A stretch of DNA of 63,842 nt, filler included, from Nemertoderma westbladi (taxonomy: Eukaryota; Animalia; Xenacoelomorpha): the NCBI GenBank assembly GCA_032718475.1. It is 3 parts of 3 records of this genome, joined end to end, with 100 filler letters (N's around TTAATTAATTAA, not from the genome) between each part and the next. Parts side by side here need not be neighbours in the genome. Positions count along the whole stretch, not along the records: positions 18,068 to 46,555 come from JAUCBJ010001927.1; 2 more parts are not named here. One strand, written 5' to 3'. A program made the translations under genes and the position numbers. Each line of letters opens with the position of its first letter. The stretch's first letter is position 1. Positions 26,051-40,007 of the stretch are shown here, in pieces. The notes below the pieces were generated by a model that was given only the letters and a program-made list of their open reading frames with translations, did not search any database and was not told the origin of the DNA.

Positions 26051-29000
26051 CCAGGAGGCATCTAACTACGTTAAGAGGGAAGGAAGTACTGGCAAAGTTG
26101 ACAAATGGGGTAGAAAATGAGGTCATGATTCAATTGCGCCTGTTGACCACTATCTATAATATATTTAATTGTCAGAATAATAAGATCATGTACCTATTTA
26201 ACTGCCTTTTATGCAGTCAAACAATACTCGGGGGATATGTTTAATCAATATACGAAAATTGCATGGGACTTCCGAGCCTTCCGAGCTTGGCTAAAAGATC
26301 AGTTTCTAGGTATAGCGTGAAAACTATCGCCAGAAGGAATCAAAAAGGAAGAAAAGAAAATTCCAGCAATCTATCGATGTCTGACCATTATTTATATCAG
26401 TATATTTACACTCAGAGCTTATTAAACTCATTGAAAAGTACCCACTTTGTAAGGAATGCAGCCATTCTGGATTTCTATGGCATAGGTGTTTCAACCAATA
26501 CCATGGACAACCCAGTTAATGATGTAGTTCATGCATTGGGTTCTTCAACCCACCTCATTAATCAACCAGAACACCCCGATATACTCCCCGACAGGCCAAA
26601 CTCAGTCGAAAGGTACAAGAGTCTTGTACAGTGGGGATTGATATGTATCTTGATTCTCTACTGTATAGCTTTCTTATGCATTTTATCAATCATATGGCCA
26701 GGGGCGCAGCCACGGGTATTAAAAACCCTTAAAAACCTGGTATTATTCACATGGGCGTTTGAACCAATTACAACTCCATTATTCTTCAACCTTAAAGTGA
26801 TTCGTTGGTGGAGATCGAACGATCGCGATGATGGATTCCAAATATGTGAAAACATTTGAATTTGGTTGAGAAAAACCTGATTTATGAGCGTTTGAATGTT
26901 GCATGTATTTGCTTCGGTACCGCTGCAGGCAATTTATTCTAGGGCCTACTTAATAAATACACATTATTCTGGAACATTTGTTTATGTATGAATGGCTGCG
27001 TACTAGTATTAGTATAAACAGTAGGTATTGTATTGTTGCCCAGCAACTGATAAGTTACATATTAGAATGTAGAATAAATGGACTCCATCACAGCTCAACG
27101 CAAAATATGTAACTTTCAACGCCCATTATACTGCCATTTCTCCGATAATCCTTTTGAAAAATTCTGAATTTATTACAATTTAGTTTCCCCTGCAATAACG
27201 TCATCTTCCATTAGTTATCGTTACCAACGAGCCCTCTATAAAATTAAAAGGTCGACAGAGATACCTATTTAAAGCGCTTGTAGATATGGATTGAAAGCGA
27301 AGGCGGGTTGATATCTCGACACGGTGAATTAACAAAAAATGTAATTATCAATAAATTTATTTTAGTTATTCTAACGAAAACAATATGACGAAATTGTGGG
27401 GATATGAAAATACACCTTATATTATAAAGTGACTTATATTGTCGTGCAAAAAGAGTTCATGGTGTTTGGAAATATGCGACAGGGTTGGGAAGGATTGAAA
27501 TGTACGTAGGAGTTAATAGTTACACTGTAATACCCGATCAGTGTTTGTTACGATTATTTGAATTTTATATTGTATACAAAGTGCAAAAAGTGCCTGGGAC
27601 ATATGATATGGTGTCCCCCCACTCCCCCTACCTGAATAGTGGGAGGGACGTGCCCCCCCCCCCCCCCTAACGGCTGCGCTACTGCATTTTGTATGTACTA
27701 CCATTTTATTTATTTGAGACCAGTATATTGAATACTGTCACCGGGGCGCAAGCCGGGAAAGTTAATAAAAATAAAATAAAACAAAACAAAACAGCTGAGG
27801 AACAATGATTTAACACCCTAACCCGGTCACATGAAACACATTTCTCAGCGTGTTCGTGTTGATTGCCATAATTTAGAAAATTAATAATTATCAATCTGGA
27901 ATTAACTGATAATTCGAACGCCAGTATCTAAGCCGATCGCTGAAGGAAATTCCGTTTATTTACCAACAAATACAACAAATTACTATGAATGGGAATAAAA
28001 GCTGTTTATTTATTATCGCACTACGTCATCAATATTAACACTGCAGCACATTAAACTACAGAAAATGATGGAAAAAATATATAAAATTGGGAAAGAAAAA
28101 TCAAAAGATTATTTACTCAGAATTCTAGTTTCCCTTTTACAACAATTGTTTTTGATAACTTTTGAGAGAATCTTGTCTACTGAACGTCGGTAATTCATAC
28201 ATATTATATCTCACCTATGCATCCTATAGTGATTTGCGAAATATTATGTTTTTAACAAAAATTCACTTTCATTTATTTGTAGTAATTTTTCCGGGATTTA
28301 GTGGATTACTATACTATGCTATATTTTTTGGAGCCTATAAATACTAAATATAAAAATATGTATATATCCAAATATCCTGGTCCCCACTACTATCATGTAA
28401 ACTTCATTATTTCATTTACTAACTCTGTTCAAACTTCCACTATATGCTGAGTCAACGAAATCAATTTCTTCGGTCAGTCTGTCGGTCATTGATGGGGCCT
28501 CCAAACTTCTAGAACTAAGTGGAAGAAATCAAATATTAAATCAGTTGAGAGACAATAGCAATTATCCTACAGTTATCGTCATATTTCTATTTGTATATTT
28601 ACAAACCATCAGAAAAATAATGCAGACAACATAGTTTCGAACGTATTCAAAATTTTTACAATGAACAATATTAATTACTTGGTAACTCTCATTCCAGAAA
28701 TTTAGATTTCTATATTTCACCTTAAATGGTTTAATAAGAAACCGCTCCACAAGTTATCTTTCGACTAACCACTGCAAATGCTGCAACAGTAACTGTACGA
28801 ATATCACGTACATATAGTCATATATATAGACCCATACACCTAGACCCCTATACCCCAACTTTTACAGTATATATTCCGACATACACCCACCATCACGCAT
28901 ATAACACTTACAGACTACTACTACACTACATAACATATCCATCATACAATTTTTCGTTACTGACAAATACTGCATGTATTTGCATATCATTAATAAAATA

Positions 29001-29157
29001 TGAATATTTTATTGTTTTTTTTGCTTATTATTTCATTTATCGAGGGCCCCATGCCAGAATGGTTTGACTCATAAAAATTCATTCTGAGATATCCTTGATT
29101 AAAGAATTTCAGTGATCATTAAAAATCAGGATACCAACCAATCACATTGAAATTTGG

Positions 29158-29253
29158 CACAGATGAATACAAATATTACCAGATGAATACAAATATATTA
29201 CCAGATGAATACAAATATATTACCAGATGAATACAAATATATTACCAGATGAA
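29158..29253. repeat. Short 20-24-bp tandem repeat CCAGATGAATACAAAT(AT)nTA
   Basis: About 4-5 direct copies with a variable AT tract. Confidence 0.9.
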
Positions 29254-29497
29254 TTTCAATCAATGTAGCCTTTCATCTATAAGTAAAATTAATTTTTTAA
29301 AGATTTAAGCGATGAATTTCCAATTAAACCATTGGATTCCATGTATTTTTTGTATTTAAACCGTTTTGTTTTACTTTTGATTTATTATTCTTAATAAAAT
29401 TCGACCAAGGAAATAGCACGGTGTATAAGCTAAAGATATGCACTGTAAGTTATAGCACTAATTATACAGTCTATTATAGACTATAATAGTCGATAAA

Positions 29498-29737
29498 AGG
29501 CGGGGTAGCTCATTTGGTTGAGCGCCGGGCCTGCAATCTATTGGTTGTAGGTTCAGCCCCGCCAGGGTCCAGTCACTGCCTTTCATCCACTGGGGTCGAT
29601 AAAATGAGTAGCAGTTAAATAACTGGGAGCAAATCTTGGGATAGGATTAACACCCACCCCTACCCTCGGGTGGCAGCTATCGAAAGAGGAGCCTTCGGGT
29701 CGCCTCCGTCTTCGGCCGACTGTTTGCTTTTTTTTAG
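29498..29737 (+). mobile_element. tRNA(Cys-like)-derived SINE with Meta-type central domain, nested in the Sola-like element
   Basis: TAGCTCATTTGGTTGAGCG A box, CTGCAAT anticodon-like loop, GGTTCAGCCCC B box, CTGCCTTTCATCC...GGGGTCGATAAAATGAGTA core, 3' GGAGCCTTCGGGTCGCCTCC hairpin and T-rich end. Confidence 0.78.
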
Positions 29738-30651
29738 TCGATATAATCTCCATCAACAATGAGGTACTTACTGTATATGGGCTACTCAATTTATTCATTT
29801 ACATCTGTAGTCTTCGGTTAGTTTCTGTAGAATGGATGGAACTCTTTGGGGATTAATCCACGCTCACAGAGTTTCTCAAGGTCGCTATATTTAGCTTGGG
29901 TAACGGGGAGTGGGTTCTAACGGTTATAAACTAAAGTATTGATAGTTTGGCAATATTGCTTGTTGCATTGCCGCTGCAGGCTTCTCAAATTGATGCCAGT
30001 GGGTCTGGCAGACAATCTAAAACTCTTCCATGATGCCAAGCACCATGCAATTTCACTGAACATAGCGCCCCGGGTGTTACATTAAGGATGCCTCTAGCTG
30101 GCCACATTTGGGGGTGCCATTGTTGGTCTCACCTTCTTCAGTCAACCACACCATTGGTATCTTTTTTATTACCGGATATTAATTACAGTAATATTTTTAA
30201 CAGCCAAGTACACACGAAGTACAACAATACGTTCAACAGAAGTAAAACAATAGCTTACATCATGCTGCCTAGAATTGAATTTGCTTCCAAACTACACAAT
30301 ACTGTATGGGTAGAATGGTTTAACCCCATTTAAACCAATCTTTCACAAAGTTATTTTAAATCCTGAGGGGGTTAAATCGGCTAAACTAGGGTTAAGCCAT
30401 TCTGCCAAAAACAGATATTTGATATTTTCAGATAAACCATTATGAACATTTCTCAATAATTTAATATCGTATATAGAATTAGACTTAAACCATTCTTTCA
30501 CTTATACTTTATACCATAAGGCTTCTATTTATCACATAAACTTATTTTCTAAAAAGCTCGACTTAAACTTAAAGGTCGATTTTAATTTAATTTAAACCAT
30601 TCTGGCATGGATATCATTTTCTCAAATCAATCCTCTGATCATTCAAATCAT

Positions 30652-30702
30652 CAATTGCTATTACTACATAACGAGGGCCTCGTTATGTAGTAATAGCAAT
30701 TG
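30652..30702. repeat. Perfect 25-bp inverted repeat with a 1-nt spacer
   Basis: CAATTGCTATTACTACATAACGAGG-G-CCTCGTTATGTAGTAATAGCAATTG. Confidence 0.95.
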
Positions 30703-31049
30703 TGATACAGAATACACGGATTGGGATGTAATAAACCATATAAAATATATTAGCCCTACAATATTCAGACAGGTTCTATCTTCAGTTCTCTTATAAAACC
30801 GTTTAACACTTTGGATGATGCTATCTAAAACGTTATGGCATCATAAGGGTTCCACTGCCGTTATTTTCCGAGTGCTTATCTATGAAGTCGCGTACAACTT
30901 GTATCATTCGACGTATTCAATTACGCAGTTTGAAACTCATTTTCAAAAAAATGCTTATATTGAAAGGAACAACGTTTGCAAAAAATGAAAATTGAAATAA
31001 ATTAGAAAATGTTTTATAATAAATAATTTTATACCGATTTTTCACTAAC

Positions 31050-34000
31050 CGAATTCTGGAGGATTGTTGGAACCGCCCAGCATTATCTTTTCTCGAACAG
31101 CGGTCTCTAGTTGTATCTACTGAACTCATTCGAGATAATACATCCTTTTGTTTACTGGTTGGGGATGATGGCCAATCCTGGCCATCTGCCATCTGTCTTT
31201 CGGAAAGGGATGGAGATGTTTCAGCTGCTTTAGCATTGAACATTGCTATGATTGATCCAACAGTTGTTCCTTTTGACGACGGGGATCCACTGCTGAAAGA
31301 AATTGATTCTTCAGGCATTCTTGGAATTCTTGATTCAATCTTAAGTATTGGTTTAGATTCGTTTGGTAATCCAAACCTTTTTTTCTCTCCAGTAGCAATC
31401 GTTTTGCTGATCGCTTTATCAATATCTTTAGCACGATTGGCAGTTTCTTTTGCAAGGCGATTATTTAATTCCCTCATTTCTTCAAGCTTAAGATTTCGAG
31501 ATGGTAATATGATGTCTTGGGTGGATTCCACAGTTACAACAGGGGGTTCAACACCATCTTTAGAGTCACTGGAAATTTGTGAAGCACTCTTGGAATGTTG
31601 TATGATATTTGTTGTGTTAGTTCCTGGTGTTGAAATAATGGTTTTGGTTTCGTTATTTGGTGCTTCAATATTTCTAGGAGATTGCATGTTTCTGTCTTCT
31701 GAATTAAAAAGCGTTTGGCCCAATGTTGCTATACTGTCAAATAAGGATTTAGCTGAGTTGCTTTCAGTTTTAAAATTATTATAAAGGTTGGTTGAAAGAT
31801 TATACGAAGTATTTCCAGTTGCATAATCAACTCTATCAGCTGTCATATGTGGAATGCTGATCGGTAATGATTGTTGTTGTGTTGCCAACTTCATGGCTTT
31901 TCGCTGTTTTACTTCTGCTAGGAATTTTCTTTCTTCCGCAATCTTCTGTTGGTAAATATCAAGCTTCTCCAAACGAAGTTGAGATTCTGACTTGGTCGTC
32001 TGTGGTAGAACCTGTTGGTTTGGTTGACCTTCACGAATATACTGGGGATGCGAATTTAGATTGGACTCTTTATTACCCTTTGTTACAAATTCTTGAGTTT
32101 GAAGAAAGTTATCTGTTTGAGGTTTTGTTTCTGAATCACTTGTAGATGGAACATGATGTTTAATGGTGGTTTCAATTGTTTCCATTTTTTTAAGCATCTC
32201 TTCTCTGGATTGGCTCTTACTGGAGTGAATTGGAATTTGTGATCTAGGGGCTGCTATTGGCCTCTTTGATGAAGCATCAGGTTCCTCACTAGTTTCCACC
32301 ACAGTGGTTAATAACCCAATTGCTGGCCGCCTTGTAGATGTCTTGGACTGTGAATCTGAATCACTGGAAGATCCATTTAAATCAGCCAAATTACTCACTG
32401 TTTGATGTTTGGAAAGGTTGCTGTCATCAGTGTTACTGTAGATAATTGTGGTGGCATCATTTGCAGGACGCTCATAGACTTGGCCAGATTCTATGGCTCC
32501 CCCAAAAGGAGTTACAAAGAGTTTACTGCTGGCTGCACTGTCTTGTTCCTGGTAGGACTGGTAGTAACCGGCACTTGGATGCTGTTGTTGTATATGTTGG
32601 TCGTATTCCACGGGGACATCGGGATAGGCTGAATAGGATTGCGGTAAGGAATAGTAAGCTTGGCTCCCTTGATGCTGATAATCATGGGGGTCTCCTTGTT
32701 GTTGGTGGGTTTGATATTCTGAAGCATCATTATATGGCCATCCATACTGGTTAGTTCCCTGCTCCAGTCCAACATGATAATAAGCCCCAGGGTTATAATA
32801 ATCATCATACTGATTCTCAGAGTACTCAGGGATCTGCTGCAGGTGGCTAGATTCTAGGTTTTCTTGTTTTTGACTACAATGCAGCGGCGAAGCTGAGGCA
32901 ATTTTGTTGGCAGCAGCTGATTCCATCTCCGTACCAGGGCAACTAAATCGTCTCCTTAGTTCTGCTTCAGTATAGTCCTTGTAAGGATCTTGGCGTTCGT
33001 AATATTGATTAGAATCAACACTTTTACTCTTTCTCCATTGTAAATTCTTTCTTCGGTTGTCCTTTCGTCGCTTTTCCAAAACTACTTCATCATAAGAATG
33101 CGAGTTTCTGTGTGTTTTAAATGAATGCTGTAAACTGCTGCGTGTCTGAAATTCTAAATTGAAAGCATGCAAATTTGCTGAGATGGATCTATTTTTAGAT
33201 GCTCTAACCCCATGAGACATCATGTTTTTATTGGAGGTAGTGGTATTAGCATACTGATTAGGTGCAGCACTTTGCGCATCATAACTATAACCATTGTAAT
33301 CATAGGAATTATTTGTTGTCTGATCCCTGCTGTATATATATGAATTTCCATCTGACTTTGGGTCATGGTATGAGTATCTGGCAGTAGAGCTGGGCATATA
33401 TGAACCATATTGACTGGAATCACTGTCATGCATATTATGTGCCACAGAAAAACTATCACGCCCTCCTCCTATAGGTATTGTAGAATAGCTTTCACTAGAC
33501 CCATGAGACATGTCATAAGGTATAAACCCCTTGCTATAGTTGTATTGATATTGATGATCATCAAATTCTCGGTAATTATCATTACTTTTAGCATAATAAC
33601 CCTGGGCATCAGATTCCTGATATTCTTTTATATTATCATCCATAATTGAATTATCAACAACATAACCTTTCGAATCAACAATTCCATACCCTTGCAACTG
33701 CCCCACATTATCATCAGCAACAGCGCTGTATCCGCTGTATTGCTGTTGAATACCATCATAATAAGTATCGCCTCCTTGTCGAAACCTTTCTCCACTTACT
33801 GCTTCTTCTCTATATCTTTCGGGCTGTCCCTGGTTATTACTATAGTCACTTCCTTGCTTATCATACTCATAGTTTTCCTGAGAAAATTCAGAACGATTAG
33901 CACCTAATGTGCATTGGTAGGCATAATTTTGGTTGTTATAATCTCTATCGCTAGATGTTCTCTCATTATCATTAACACATTTACTAGTATAGTTATCTGA

Positions 34001-34395
34001 AGAAACATTACTGTCACTTGATAATGACTTATTAGCAATATTTATGTCTTGTTCAGCAGTTCTCTGAAAATCTGGACATTCCCTCCTGTAATCAGAAGAA
34101 TATGATGAACCTTTGTCTTCTAATATCATATTTTCATCAAGTGAATGTTGAGTTTGTTGACCCCAATCTCCACCTCTCCTTCTCGTTGAAATTGATTTGT
34201 CACCAATTGCTAAATCATGCCCTCGTATTTTGTAATCTTCAAAACTGCCAGGTTGCGACATTTGCTTAACAATGGGTTTCCTTGCATTTCGTACATTATT
34301 GTATGTGGTGGATTGTTGTTGATTTGTCTGTTCTTCATCTTCATCATGTGGCATTTTGGCAGTAATGCCATGGTCATCATGACTATCCTCTGCTG
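31050..34395 (-). CDS. 3346-nt giant exon encoding a low-complexity Y/Q/S/D-rich disordered region of an unidentified large protein
   Basis: 1164-aa ORF in AT-rich DNA; TTTAG acceptor at 34396-34400, GTTAGT donor at 31044-31049; no recognisable globular domain. Confidence 0.8.
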
Positions 34396-34842
34396 CTAAA
34401 CATAAAATCAAATCAAAATATCTTCACTTTAAGTTGTACATAACAGATAATATGGCTACTTGAACTTACTAATTAATTTGTAAATGTCCTTAAGTTGTCC
34501 CTCTAGTGAAAATGAATAGCTACATCTTTAATAATCAGTAATGTATGCGGAAATATATACTATACAGATATGGAGATATGGCTGCCAACAAAATGTTGGT
34601 TATGGCATGATAAGACATACCATAGCCATATGATTTACCTTGAACTTATGCAGATACTAAAAGTAGTTAGTTATAAGTGAATATTAGGATTTTTATGATC
34701 GAAAAATAAATATGTTAAAGGCTTGCAAAACTTTGCAACAAGTTCGTCAAATGGCACAAATATCTTTGTTCAAAGACACAACTCCATGCTAACAATAAAC
34801 CTATGAATATAACCTACTGAATCTACAACCCATAATAATTAC

Positions 34843-35022
34843 CTTCTGATGAACATCTGGCATTTTTAGAACCAGAACTCTCTGCTTCGCGACCAGTTTC
34901 TTGGTAGAGTGGAACATCCTGAGGGTAGGAAATTTCTTGGGATTGCAGTGGGAACCCTGCATTGGTGGGAGGCGGAGGTGGAGTGCCTAATTCATCCCTA
35001 TGAGTCGTAACACTGGGCTCAC
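34843..35022 (-). CDS. Exon upstream of the giant exon (GEPSVTTHRDELGTPPPPP...SSE)
   Basis: ATTAG acceptor, GTAAT donor, 180 nt, phase 1-1, in frame with the giant exon. Confidence 0.7.
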
Positions 35023-35159
35023 CTAATAAATAATAATATTTTCTACAACAGACATCAGAATAAGCAGTAACATACCTCACAAATAATATTCTTGATTGAG
35101 TTAGCATCCATATTATAAACAAAATATTTAAAAACGAGACATTGGATGAAAATTAATTA

Positions 35160-35368
35160 TCTTTTTCGACTCTTGTATGGGGTCTTCAGATAAGATTCAG
35201 ATAAGTATCTGGGTACACCATAGAGGAGGCCGTTACAGTAATCGATTCGGCTTGAAATTAGTAATTGTCTTTTTCGACTCTTGTATGGGGTCTTCAGATA
35301 AGATTCAGATAAGTATCTGGGTACACCATAGAGGAGGCCGTTACAGTAATCGATTCGGCTTAAAATTA
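35160..35368. repeat. 108-bp tandem duplication
   Basis: TCTTTTTCGACTCTTGTATGGGG... occurs at 35160 and 35268, nearly identical. Confidence 0.9.
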
Positions 35369-35479
35369 TTAAGTGGATTATTGTTTCAGTGGACTTTTGG
35401 TCGAGGAAGTCAATTATACGGTAAAATGTAACGTATAGGTGGAAAAAAGCAGCTACATTTTTTTATATGAATTTGCCCC

Positions 35480-36920
35480 TAGAGAGGTTAGGGTCAAACC
35501 ATGTGCCGAGGTTCTTAACTGATTTTGTAAGATGTATTTGAAAGTTGCCGAATTTAATGAACTTTGTAGTTACCTTTTATAATTTTTGGGGGGATCCCAG
35601 TATTAGGAACTCGGTTTTGTCGTCGTATATTTTTACTCGGTTTACAATGAACTACATTCGTAGATCTGCTATGCAGCTCCCGAGGGGAGGGCTTGTAGTG
35701 CATCAGCTTCAATGGATTCGTCCGTAGGCTGAAATGCATGGTAGGTTTGTTTGTCATCGGCGTACCAATGTAATGCAAATGGTAAGTGGTGCTTGATGAT
35801 TTCGAAGAGACCCCTCCTGAAGTTACTGAAGTAGTGACAAGATAAGCAGGTGCCTTGTGGAAAACTATATTCGAGTAAGTGTTCATTGGAATCGGAACCA
35901 AGAGTTGTTACATGTTGGCGTCAACCTCGGAGGAAGGAAGCGAACCAGCATAGGCATGTGCCGCGAATTCCCAGGTCATGTTCGAAAACGTTTAAAAAGT
36001 GATCATAATCAAAGGTGTCGAAAGAAGAGCTAATGTCTAGTAGTACTAAAAAGGTGACCTTCGTATTGTCCTTAAGGATGTCAGATTGTACCCAAATAAG
36101 GGAAGTTTTAGTGCTGTAAAATTGTCGGTATCCAGACTCATTGCAGGGAAACGGGTGGTGCTCATTTATGGGAGGAATTGGGATGCCACCGCTCGCTCTG
36201 CGATTTTCGATACAAAGGGTAATCCGATCTCATGACGAAAATGAAACTTCATGGTTGAGTCCAGGGTGACTTTGTTTTCGTAATGGGGAGACCTTTGCTG
36301 TCTTCCAAATGTCAGAGACTTCGCCACTCTGCAGAGAATTGTTAATCATGATTACGATATGAAATGCACTGCTTTAAAACATTTGTAGGTAATGGGTCAA
36401 GTGGGCATTGTTTAGTTGGGGCTGCAGTTATTAATTTTCAAATGGCGGATGAGGACAGTATTTCAAAGGAAGACAATGACTCCATTGATGTGAGGCTACT
36501 CGGTTTAATGTTGTAGATATAGTCGTGGCCATTTCATCGAGCTTAAGTCTGATAAATTTGTATTTTTGCCGCAAAATGGTCAGCTGTGGTTAGGTTTTTT
36601 GTTGCTTGGCAAGAGACTTTACCCCGTCGAACAGTGCTATCTGGTCGCCATTGGATTCTTCTATCTCACCCCGATAAAAAGACCTTCAATCTGTAATTAA
36701 TTGTGCTGTATATAATTTTCGAATCCGTTTGAATTCTGCCATGTCAATAGGAGATTTTGTTTGTCGCCACCGTCGTTCTGATGATCGGTGTAGCGATTTA
36801 AGTTTTATGGCCTTTGTGGTGAACGAACCAGTTTAGGCCAGAGCGTTTAGTAATCAACTTTGACTTAATTGGGGTGTGTTTGTCGATCAATGCAGTTAGG
36901 ATCTTGTTGTTTTGTTACTG
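35480..36920 (-). mobile_element. Old degraded L2-clade LINE fragment
   Basis: Minus strand reads WFTTKAIKLKSLHRSSERRWRQTK, an LDP.P-like segment, a YRQFYSTKT segment (from GFR..HSTET) and a decayed GVPQGS region; many stops. Confidence 0.6.
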
Positions 36921-38461
36921 CTTGTTTGTTCATTTATGTTGATACTTAATACTTTACAATATTTTCAAACATTAAAAAATAAAAAAAATTAATTGTAATA
37001 ATGAACGATTTAATATTTATTACAATAAACAGTATTAGGCATTAAATTAATTATGTAAAACAGGTGTATTGCCCAACATAACATATACAGGAGAAGGATT
37101 ACCCCTAAAGCATTACAGCTTATTTCCAAGGAGGTCCTTTATATTACTTGCTTAAATATTACAGAAAATCACTGATTAAACCTAAAAATAAAATATAATA
37201 CCTTGTTACTACTATATGTCATCCTTACTTAAATTCTTAAGTAAGGAAGCACATTGAGATGCTATGCCTTCTACAATGGAAGAACACCAGTAAAAAATAA
37301 GTAAATATGAGTAAAAAGTTCGTAGAAATCCGCAGTGATAATACTTATTGTACTATGCAAGAAGTATTTGAAGGTACTTACAAGATTTTATCCTTGTGAA
37401 ACCATCATTTTGCTAAAACAATTATTTTGCATTATATGAAACTGTTGATGTTATAAAAAATGTGTACAAAGTAGAAATCGTTTGCGCGTAATATTTTCGT
37501 AAATAAATTCATTCATCACCAGGTGAAAATTGACGCAAATACAGCTGATTACTACCAAAATTAAAACTGTAATCTGTTATATAAACTTTAGTTTATTGTT
37601 TTGATTAGAATATGGTGCCGTTGTAACATGTTCATGTCCATTAATTGATAATTTCACATTATTCCTTTCACATTATTTTACTTAAAGTTCCCTCCCCCCT
37701 GCCCTGTCACGCAGTTTCATGCACCGCTACATACTGTTAGTTGGTCCAGCTAGAATTTAAATTTATTTATCAGCATGGCGCTGACTATAAACAGACGTAT
37801 TTACAGTATAATAAGTGTATCTCTATCGTCACTTATGAAAGGTCTTATACCGGTACTCTGAAATTGTAAGTAGAATGAACATGTATATAAGCGATAGCTG
37901 TAGCAAATGTGTATAGTCCTAATTGACTGGAAATAATGCTTAACAGTAACACTTTTAATTAATAGATTTAAGATAGGTAACTTCCATCTGCTTATATAGA
38001 TTTATATAAACGGGATAAGGATGAAGCAAAAAATAATAAAATTATTGCAATATACCCTTATGATATACATACACCCTTACCCTATATGACCCCTACAGGT
38101 TCCATTATCAAGCAAGTGTAACGCCAAACGGAATTAACTAACAACCGAAACACTTTGACTAGAGTACAATTTGAATTTCCCTCCACCAAAAACCAATATA
38201 ACCAACAATATAACCAATATTTATTTTTAATAAATATTCATATCTTTGTGGAATTTGGTTAATTAATCAATTTATATGGCAACATGTGGAATTTGAGGTA
38301 ATAGGAAAATATACACGAGCGAGCAATAATGCCTTGAAAAATATAAACGTCTACAGACCTAAATTAGTTCTGATTTGAGGCTTTAATATGGAAATCAAAT
38401 ATGTTTTCCATTACGAGTTACGAAATTATTCTCAATTTGAATGATTTGTTATGACAGGACA

Positions 38462-40007
38462 ACACGTTCGTGGGGAGTTCGCGCAGCACGAGGCCTAGTT
38501 ATTATATACAAATTAAAATGCAGCGACTGTATCACAAAATCAGGTTTTGAGAAATTTACCCACACCACCAATCAATCAAAGAAAGGTGGACAGTACGTGT
38601 TCACCCCTTTTAATCTCCCCCCCCCCCCCACCCTTCCCAACCACCAATACATAACCGCGACATCTACCACCCACGGAAGGGTAGCACGAACTTATTTCCA
38701 ATCGCACGTTAAATATGCAAAGCCAGGTGGTTTATAGGAATATAATAAACGCAGTACTCGTTTTCATTATAAGCCTCTTTGCGTTCGTCCTGTTTTGTAT
38801 TTAAATATATTTCTTAAACGCAAGCTAGGACGATCTTTATAATAATAATAACTAGGGATGCGATCAATATGTGAAGCCAGGTGGTTTATATAATAATTTA
38901 GTCAACGCAGTACTCGTCTTCATTATATGCCTCGTTGCGCTCGTCGCTTGTCCTGTTTTGTCATAAAATATTTTTCCTAAACGCAGACTGACGATCTTTA
39001 TACAGTTATAACTATGCGAAGTTTCGAAACTGTGCGAGTAACTGTTGATACATCTATGTGGAGATGTGTGATATGTGGAGATGTGTGATACAACGCCAAC
39101 GCATCTTATGCCGATGTAGTAATATGGGTATTGAAATAATATTAAATCAATGTACACTCTTAAAGCTGCAGCGAAAAAATGTAGCTAATTTCCTAGGTTA
39201 CATATAAAATAATAATATTATTTTTAAGAACATTAATTTTACTACTTTGCAAAAATTCAATTAAAAAATAACCAGACATATACATTGTGGAATAAACTAT
39301 TTCAGAAGCCTACACAACAGCCATGCCATGGATAGTATTTATGTTATGATATCTGTCATTTAACTGAGATAGCAATAGTAGTAATAGTCGAACGGTTATG
39401 CGGCCCGTCCAGCCTATAATAAACACAATTCAGTGATTGGGCTGGAATAGCAATACTGGTTGCCTCTATTACAATTCCTCTCAGGTTAGTCTACAGCCAC
39501 AACTCCCAGCAGCTAGCTCCACACCAGCAGAGACTTGACCAATAATGGGAAGGATTAAATTTGTACTCAATAATTGTGCGGTTTAATTACGTTTAGATCA
39601 ATTAAAGACACATTTATTAAAGCAAATCACTTAAACTAATTAAAAACTATAATAGAATGGCGTATGGGGATTATATCTGTATAATTTTTAAGTATAATTA
39701 TTTAAATCTTATACTGTAAAACAATTAATTTCCTTTAAAAGGCAGGTTGAAAATGGCGTTTTCACCGCAATCAACTTAATTAACTAATTAACTGCTATTA
39801 TCTTAGCTTCTCGAAGGCCACACGGAAATTCTACTTGGAAAATTTCTAAACTTTTGCCAAACAACATGTGTACCAAGTTTGGATAGATTTCATCAAAGAT
39901 TGGCCGAGTTATTAACGTTTAAAATTGAACACGACAGAACGACAGAACGACAGGTTGATTAATGGTACCACTACGCTAAGGCTCACTCACTTCGTGGCTC
40001 GCCCCAC
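38462..40007 (+). mobile_element. ~1.55-kb dispersed non-coding element (Helentron/DINE-like), full copy
   Basis: Near-identical to 62589-63842; hairpin-forming termini ACACGTTCGTGGGG...GCACGAGGCC and CTTCGTGGCTCGCCCCACA, with short subterminal IR GTGGGG/CCCCAC and GACAGAAC repeats near the end. Confidence 0.7.

Larger units (their letters stand above)
29049..30610 (-). mobile_element. Non-autonomous Sola-like DNA transposon
   Basis: Perfect 17-bp inverted repeats CCATGCCAGAATGGTTT / AAACCATTCTGGCATGG; minus strand ~29820-29915 reads PLPVTQAKYSDLEKLCERGLIPKEFHPFYRN, like the Sola transposase C-terminus (P.P...K..DL..LC...IP...H.FY). Confidence 0.6.

Noticed and set aside
30917-31049. C-terminal tail of the 1164-aa ORF (LVKNRYKIIYY...)
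   Set aside because: Read-through into AT-rich intron after the GTTAGT donor.
31236-33907. Several plus-strand ORFs opposite the giant exon
   Set aside because: Antisense or alternative-frame shadows.
38441-39157. Near-identical ORF pairs at 38441/62628 and 38864/62991
   Set aside because: Conserved only because they lie in copies of a non-coding repeat.
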